DNA of 64,000 bases, taken from NCBI GenBank assembly GCA_946641515.1, contig CAMPBT010000002.1, forward strand, positions 43,890 through 107,889, read 5' to 3'. The number at the start of each line of letters is the position of its first letter. Position 1 is the stretch's first letter. Of this stretch, positions 60,119 to 64,000 are shown in pieces. Made by a program: the position numbers and the translations under genes. A model generated the notes under the pieces. It saw nothing but the letters and a program-made list of their open reading frames with translations. It was not told where the DNA came from and made no database searches. The stretch is from an uncultured Bacillales bacterium. GTDB taxonomy: Bacteria; Bacillota_I; Bacilli_A; RFN20; CAG-449.

Positions 60119-61327
60119 TTAACTATTTTTATTTGATTTAATTAAGATATTCTTTAATTCCTTAGTATTTAATAATTTTGGTACTGGGTAAAATGGATTT
60201 GCTTCTTTAGATGCGTGACGAGCGAGTTTATTTAACTCTTCATCTTTAATTAATCCATCAAAAGAAGAAGGAATTCCCAGTTTATTATTTAATTCCTTAA
60301 TCCAAGAAATAACTGCATTAGCTTTTTCTTTATCAGATTTATCTAATGATACTAATTCTAAATAGTCTGAAATTTTACTTAATTTTTTATAAATTTTACT
60401 ATTATATGCTTCAAGTACATATGGGAGTAAGATACCTATACAATAACCATGAGCCTTGTGATAAGTTCCTCCTATTGCATGGGCTAAAGAATGAACGTAA
60501 CCAACATATGCTCTAGTAAACGCTAAACCTGCTAAATATGAAGCTCTAAGCATATTACCTCTAGCATTATCATTAGAAGGATCGTTATAGAAATCTAATA
60601 AATTTTCTTTAATTAATTTAATCGCATCTAAAGCTTTTTCATTAGTAAATTCAGTTTCATCTATTCCTAGATACGCTTCTATAGCATGAGATAAAGCATC
60701 TACTCCAGTTACAGAAATAATAGTTGAAGGTAATGAATCTAATAAAGAATCATCTAGAATTGCGTAATGAGGAATTAATTTAGGATCAGAAAGTGCAAAC
60801 TTATCATTATTTTCTTCATTAGTAATAACCGTTGCGGCAGTACATTCTGAACCAGTTCCTGCAGTAGTAGGACAGGCAATAAATAAAGGCATCTCATTTT
60901 TAACAGAAAGAAGTTTTCTAAAATCTTCAATTTTCTTATCTAAATGAGATACTAGTAACGCACATCCTTTACTCGCGTCAATAACTGAACCTCCTCCAAT
61001 AGCAACAAAAGCATCGCACATATTATCTATATATTTTTGTTTTAAATTATAGACCACTTTAAAAGTAGGATCGTGACTAACTGAAGTATCGACCACATAA
61101 TTAATTTTCATTTTATCTAAAGCCTTAATTAAAGATTTAAAACGTTTAGATTTAGATACAGTATTACTAACGACAATTAAAGGATTAATTTTATTGTTTT
61201 TAATCAATATAGTCTCTATATCTTCAAGATTACTATAAAGTTCAGGCTCACGAAAAACTAATGAGCTTTGAAATAAGAAAATTATTTTTTGTACTGCTCT
61301 ACAGTACATTCCTGAAAATACGTTCAT
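60119..61327 (-). CDS. Iron-containing alcohol dehydrogenase
   Basis: AIGGGSVID, PTTAGTGSE, DALSHAIEAY, HSLAH, HG. Confidence 0.93.
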   Translation of the reverse strand: MNVFSGMYCRAVQKIIFLFQSSLVFREPELYSNLEDIETILIKNNKINPLIVVSNTVSKSKRFKSLIKALDKMKINYVVDTSVSHDPTFKVVYNLKQKYIDNMCDAFVAIGGGSVIDASKGCALLVSHLDKKIEDFRKLLSVKNEMPLFIACPTTAGTGSECTAATVITNEENNDKFALSDPKLIPHYAILDDSLLDSLPSTIISVTGVDALSHAIEAYLGIDETEFTNEKALDAIKLIKENLLDFYNDPSNDNARGNMLRASYLAGLAFTRAYVGYVHSLAHAIGGTYHKAHGYCIGILLPYVLEAYNSKIYKKLSKISDYLELVSLDKSDKEKANAVISWIKELNNKLGIPSSFDGLIKDEELNKLARHASKEANPFYPVPKLLNTKELKNILIKSNKNS

Positions 61328-61356
61328 AATTATCACCTAGTAAATTATAGGTAAGA

Positions 61357-61785
61357 TTAATATTGACCAATTGATTTTAAATATCTTTCTAAAATAATCA
61401 TCGCAGCAGCAGAATCAATAACTGCTCTTTGCTTTTTAGAATTCTTATTATTGCCATGTAACATTTCACTAGCTTCAACAGTAGATCCACGTTCATCTTG
61501 TTTTACAATGTCTGCTTTAGGAAATAAAGCCTGTACACGAGGAATAAATTCTTCAACAATAGGAGTCATTTCACAAGGATCTCCGCTTGGATAAAGAGGA
61601 TAACCTATAACAATATGTTCAACACGTTCATATTCAGTAGCTTGCTTAAGCATCTTTAAACATGTATCGTAATCCATCATCTTGAATCTTAAATTTGGTA
61701 ATGGTGTAACAAGCATTCCCGAACGAGAAATAGCAAGTCCAAGTGAACCTTTGCCAAGGTCTAACGCTAAAATATTTGTTTTCAT
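61357..61785 (-). CDS. ruvX: Holliday junction resolvase-like protein RuvX/YqgF
   Basis: ILALDLG, VIGYP, QDERGSTVEA, IDSAAAMIILERYL. Confidence 0.9.
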   Translation of the reverse strand: MKTNILALDLGKGSLGLAISRSGMLVTPLPNLRFKMMDYDTCLKMLKQATEYERVEHIVIGYPLYPSGDPCEMTPIVEEFIPRVQALFPKADIVKQDERGSTVEASEMLHGNNKNSKKQRAVIDSAAAMIILERYLKSIGQY

Positions 61786-61897
61786 TTTGTAACCTCAATA
61801 ATATTATACTCTAAAACCATATATTGTTAAATAAAAGACTTTATTCATTTTGCTTGCTTTATGTAATAAAAAGCGCATAATTAGTGAGGTTTAAATT

Positions 61898-63199
61898 ATG
61901 ATTACTACACTTATTATTGCACTTATTACATTTATTGGAATAACATTGTCTATACTCTTATTCCCACATATAAAAATTAAAAATATCACTCTAGATACTT
62001 ATTGGTTAATCGCTTTACTAGGAGCAGCAATTTTATTAATCTTCTCCTTAGTACCATTAAATGAATTATGGAAGACATTAACTTCATCTTCTGCAATTAA
62101 TCCATTAAAGATTTTAGTCTTATTTTTCTCAATGACTATTATATCTATTTATCTAGATGAATTAGGCTTATTTAGATTTCTTGCTCTTGAAGCAACTAAG
62201 AAAGCAGGAAAGAACCAATTTGTTCTCTTCCTAATCTTCTATTTATTAACATCAGTATTAACAGTCTTTACTTCTAACGACATCGTCATCTTAACATTAA
62301 CACCATTTATCTGTTTTTTTTGTAAGAATACTAAGATTAACCCTTTACCATATTTAATCGCAGAATTTGCAGGGGCTAATACTTGGTCAATGATGCTAAT
62401 TATCGGTAATCCTACGAATATATATCTTGGTACTTCTGCAGGTATTACCTTTATTGAATATTTTAAGATTATGTGGTTACCTACTTTATGCGCAGGTTTA
62501 TTACAAATTATCTTATTAGTCTTAATATTCAATAAAAAATTAAAACAATCTTTAGAAATTACTAAAGAAGAATTCCATATTGATTCTAAATTAGATTTAT
62601 TTGTAGGAGTTATTACTCTAGTAACATGCTTAATTTTCTTAGTAATCTCTTCATATATCGATATGGAAATGTGGTTAATTAGTTTTATTGCCGCATCATC
62701 CTTGATTATTGTTGTCTTACTAATTAGATTAATTACTCATAAACATTGGGAATATTTAACTTCATCATTAAAAAGATTACCTTATCAGTTAATCCCATTC
62801 TTACTTTCAATGTTTGTAATAGTTCTTGCCTTAAATTATCAAGGTATCTCATCGAAATTAGGAGAAGTACTAAATCACGAACCAGTAATTTGGATCTATG
62901 GTCCTACATCATTTATTGCTTCAAATATTATTAACAATATTCCAATGAGTATTCTCTTTAGCACATTACCTAATGGATTAGATTCAATTAATTATACTCG
63001 TGCAATCTATTCAAGTATTATCGGTTCTAACATTGGTGCCTTCTTTACTCCACTTGGAGCTTTAGCAGGAATCATGTTCTCTTCTTTAGTAAATAAGCAG
63101 AATATCAAATTTACATTCTTAGATTTTACTAAATACGGATTAATTATTGCTCTACCTACATTATTTACTGCATTATTAACCTTATTCTTTATAATTTAA
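61898..63199 (+). CDS. ArsB/NhaD-family (ion transporter superfamily) permease
   Basis: TSNDIVILTLTP, IIGNPTNI, NNIPMS, GSNIGAFFTPLGALAG. Confidence 0.85.
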   Translation: MITTLIIALITFIGITLSILLFPHIKIKNITLDTYWLIALLGAAILLIFSLVPLNELWKTLTSSSAINPLKILVLFFSMTIISIYLDELGLFRFLALEATKKAGKNQFVLFLIFYLLTSVLTVFTSNDIVILTLTPFICFFCKNTKINPLPYLIAEFAGANTWSMMLIIGNPTNIYLGTSAGITFIEYFKIMWLPTLCAGLLQIILLVLIFNKKLKQSLEITKEEFHIDSKLDLFVGVITLVTCLIFLVISSYIDMEMWLISFIAASSLIIVVLLIRLITHKHWEYLTSSLKRLPYQLIPFLLSMFVIVLALNYQGISSKLGEVLNHEPVIWIYGPTSFIASNIINNIPMSILFSTLPNGLDSINYTRAIYSSIIGSNIGAFFTPLGALAGIMFSSLVNKQNIKFTFLDFTKYGLIIALPTLFTALLTLFFII

Positions 63200-63329
63200 T
63201 AAATACTGCCACCATTCATTGGTGGTTTTTCTTTATAAAAAATTTTACTCTTACTACTAGTCTCTTAATAATATTTTTATATGCAAAAAAACTGTAAAAA
63301 TTTTATCTTATATTTACAGTTTTTATAAT

Positions 63330-64000
63330 TTAATAATATACATGTGGTCCTATTGGATTAGGTGTTTTATATACTTTATTCCAATTATCTATATACTTTT
63401 TATTAAAAAACGCTTCCTCACCTGGATGATTAACTAAATATAAATCTAGATAATAAGAATATAATTGCATTGAAATAGATAATAACGATTCTTGAGAAAT
63501 TAGATTATTTCTATATAACTCAAAGGCGTTATAATATTTGCCTTCTTTTTTCCCTATGAAAAGCATTTTGCATTTACTATTTAATAAGTTCTCACCAAAA
63601 TAGAGTTTATTTGTTGTATATGCTGAATAATAATTGATTCCATTATCCCAACTAGGAACATATACATTCATATCATTAAATATTATTTTACTACTTTGTC
63701 CATAAAGAGGGTCATCATATTCACATCCATTTCCTTTTGGAAAAAATGCAATATCATATGAATCTATATTACCTAAATATATACTTTTATCAAAATCTAA
63801 TTTGATGTTTTTACTACTGTATGATGTTTGAATATTAATATTTTCATCAAATATATTTTTAGGATCACCAAATGAATATTTTTTCTTTTCTAAAGTAACT
63901 TCTACATCATTTAATCTATATGCTCTGCAATCATAAACACGTAAATTTTTATATAAATTTAAATATTCTTCTTTCCATGAAGCATATTCTTCATCTGTCA
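63330..64000 (-). CDS. Hypothetical protein, 5'-truncated by the window edge
   Basis: The frame of the 63330-63671 ORF stays open to the window end (TDEEYASWKEEYLNLYK...). Confidence 0.7.
   Translation of the reverse strand, partial: TDEEYASWKEEYLNLYKNLRVYDCRAYRLNDVEVTLEKKKYSFGDPKNIFDENINIQTSYSSKNIKLDFDKSIYLGNIDSYDIAFFPKGNGCEYDDPLYGQSSKIIFNDMNVYVPSWDNGINYYSAYTTNKLYFGENLLNSKCKMLFIGKKEGKYYNAFELYRNNLISQESLLSISMQLYSYYLDLYLVNHPGEEAFFNKKYIDNWNKVYKTPNPIGPHVYY

Overview
AT-rich chromosomal segment of a low-GC Firmicute, probably a reduced-genome, Mollicutes-like member of Bacilli (inference). It uses standard code 11, since TGA serves as a stop. Positions 1-10.8 kb are an accessory/defence block 3' of tRNA-Ser(CGA). 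This block holds a 1161-aa SIR2-domain protein, an ABC-type ATPase with a C-terminal HEPN-like motif, an HTH/membrane-hairpin/MATE/RNase III-domain operon and a frameshifted IS30 with perfect 27-bp IRs. A 17-bp direct repeat sits at both ends of the block. The rest is mostly housekeeping and transport: galM-galT-galK, deoD, two tandem MacB-like ABC paralogs, a CAT-family acetyltransferase, a GPH sugar transporter, an HTH-MNT/HEPN toxin-antitoxin pair with a frameshifted toxin, MATE, three more tRNAs, DegV, a diguanylate cyclase, COG0523 metallochaperones, a GH36 alpha-galactosidase, a lysine-riboswitch-controlled amino-acid ABC transporter, rarA, ylmH and ruvX. The most unusual observations are (1) an about 110-bp inverted copy of an internal piece of the tyrosine-phosphatase gene, lying 10 kb away in an intergenic region behind an extended -10 box that would make an antisense RNA, (2) the SIR2 + ATPase-HEPN candidate defence pair, (3) a Q/M-rich prion-like membrane protein, (4) a methyltransferase with a degenerate catalytic motif in a zinc-chaperone operon and (5) several helically phased operator arrays. 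All calls come from reading the sequence by eye; no searches were run.
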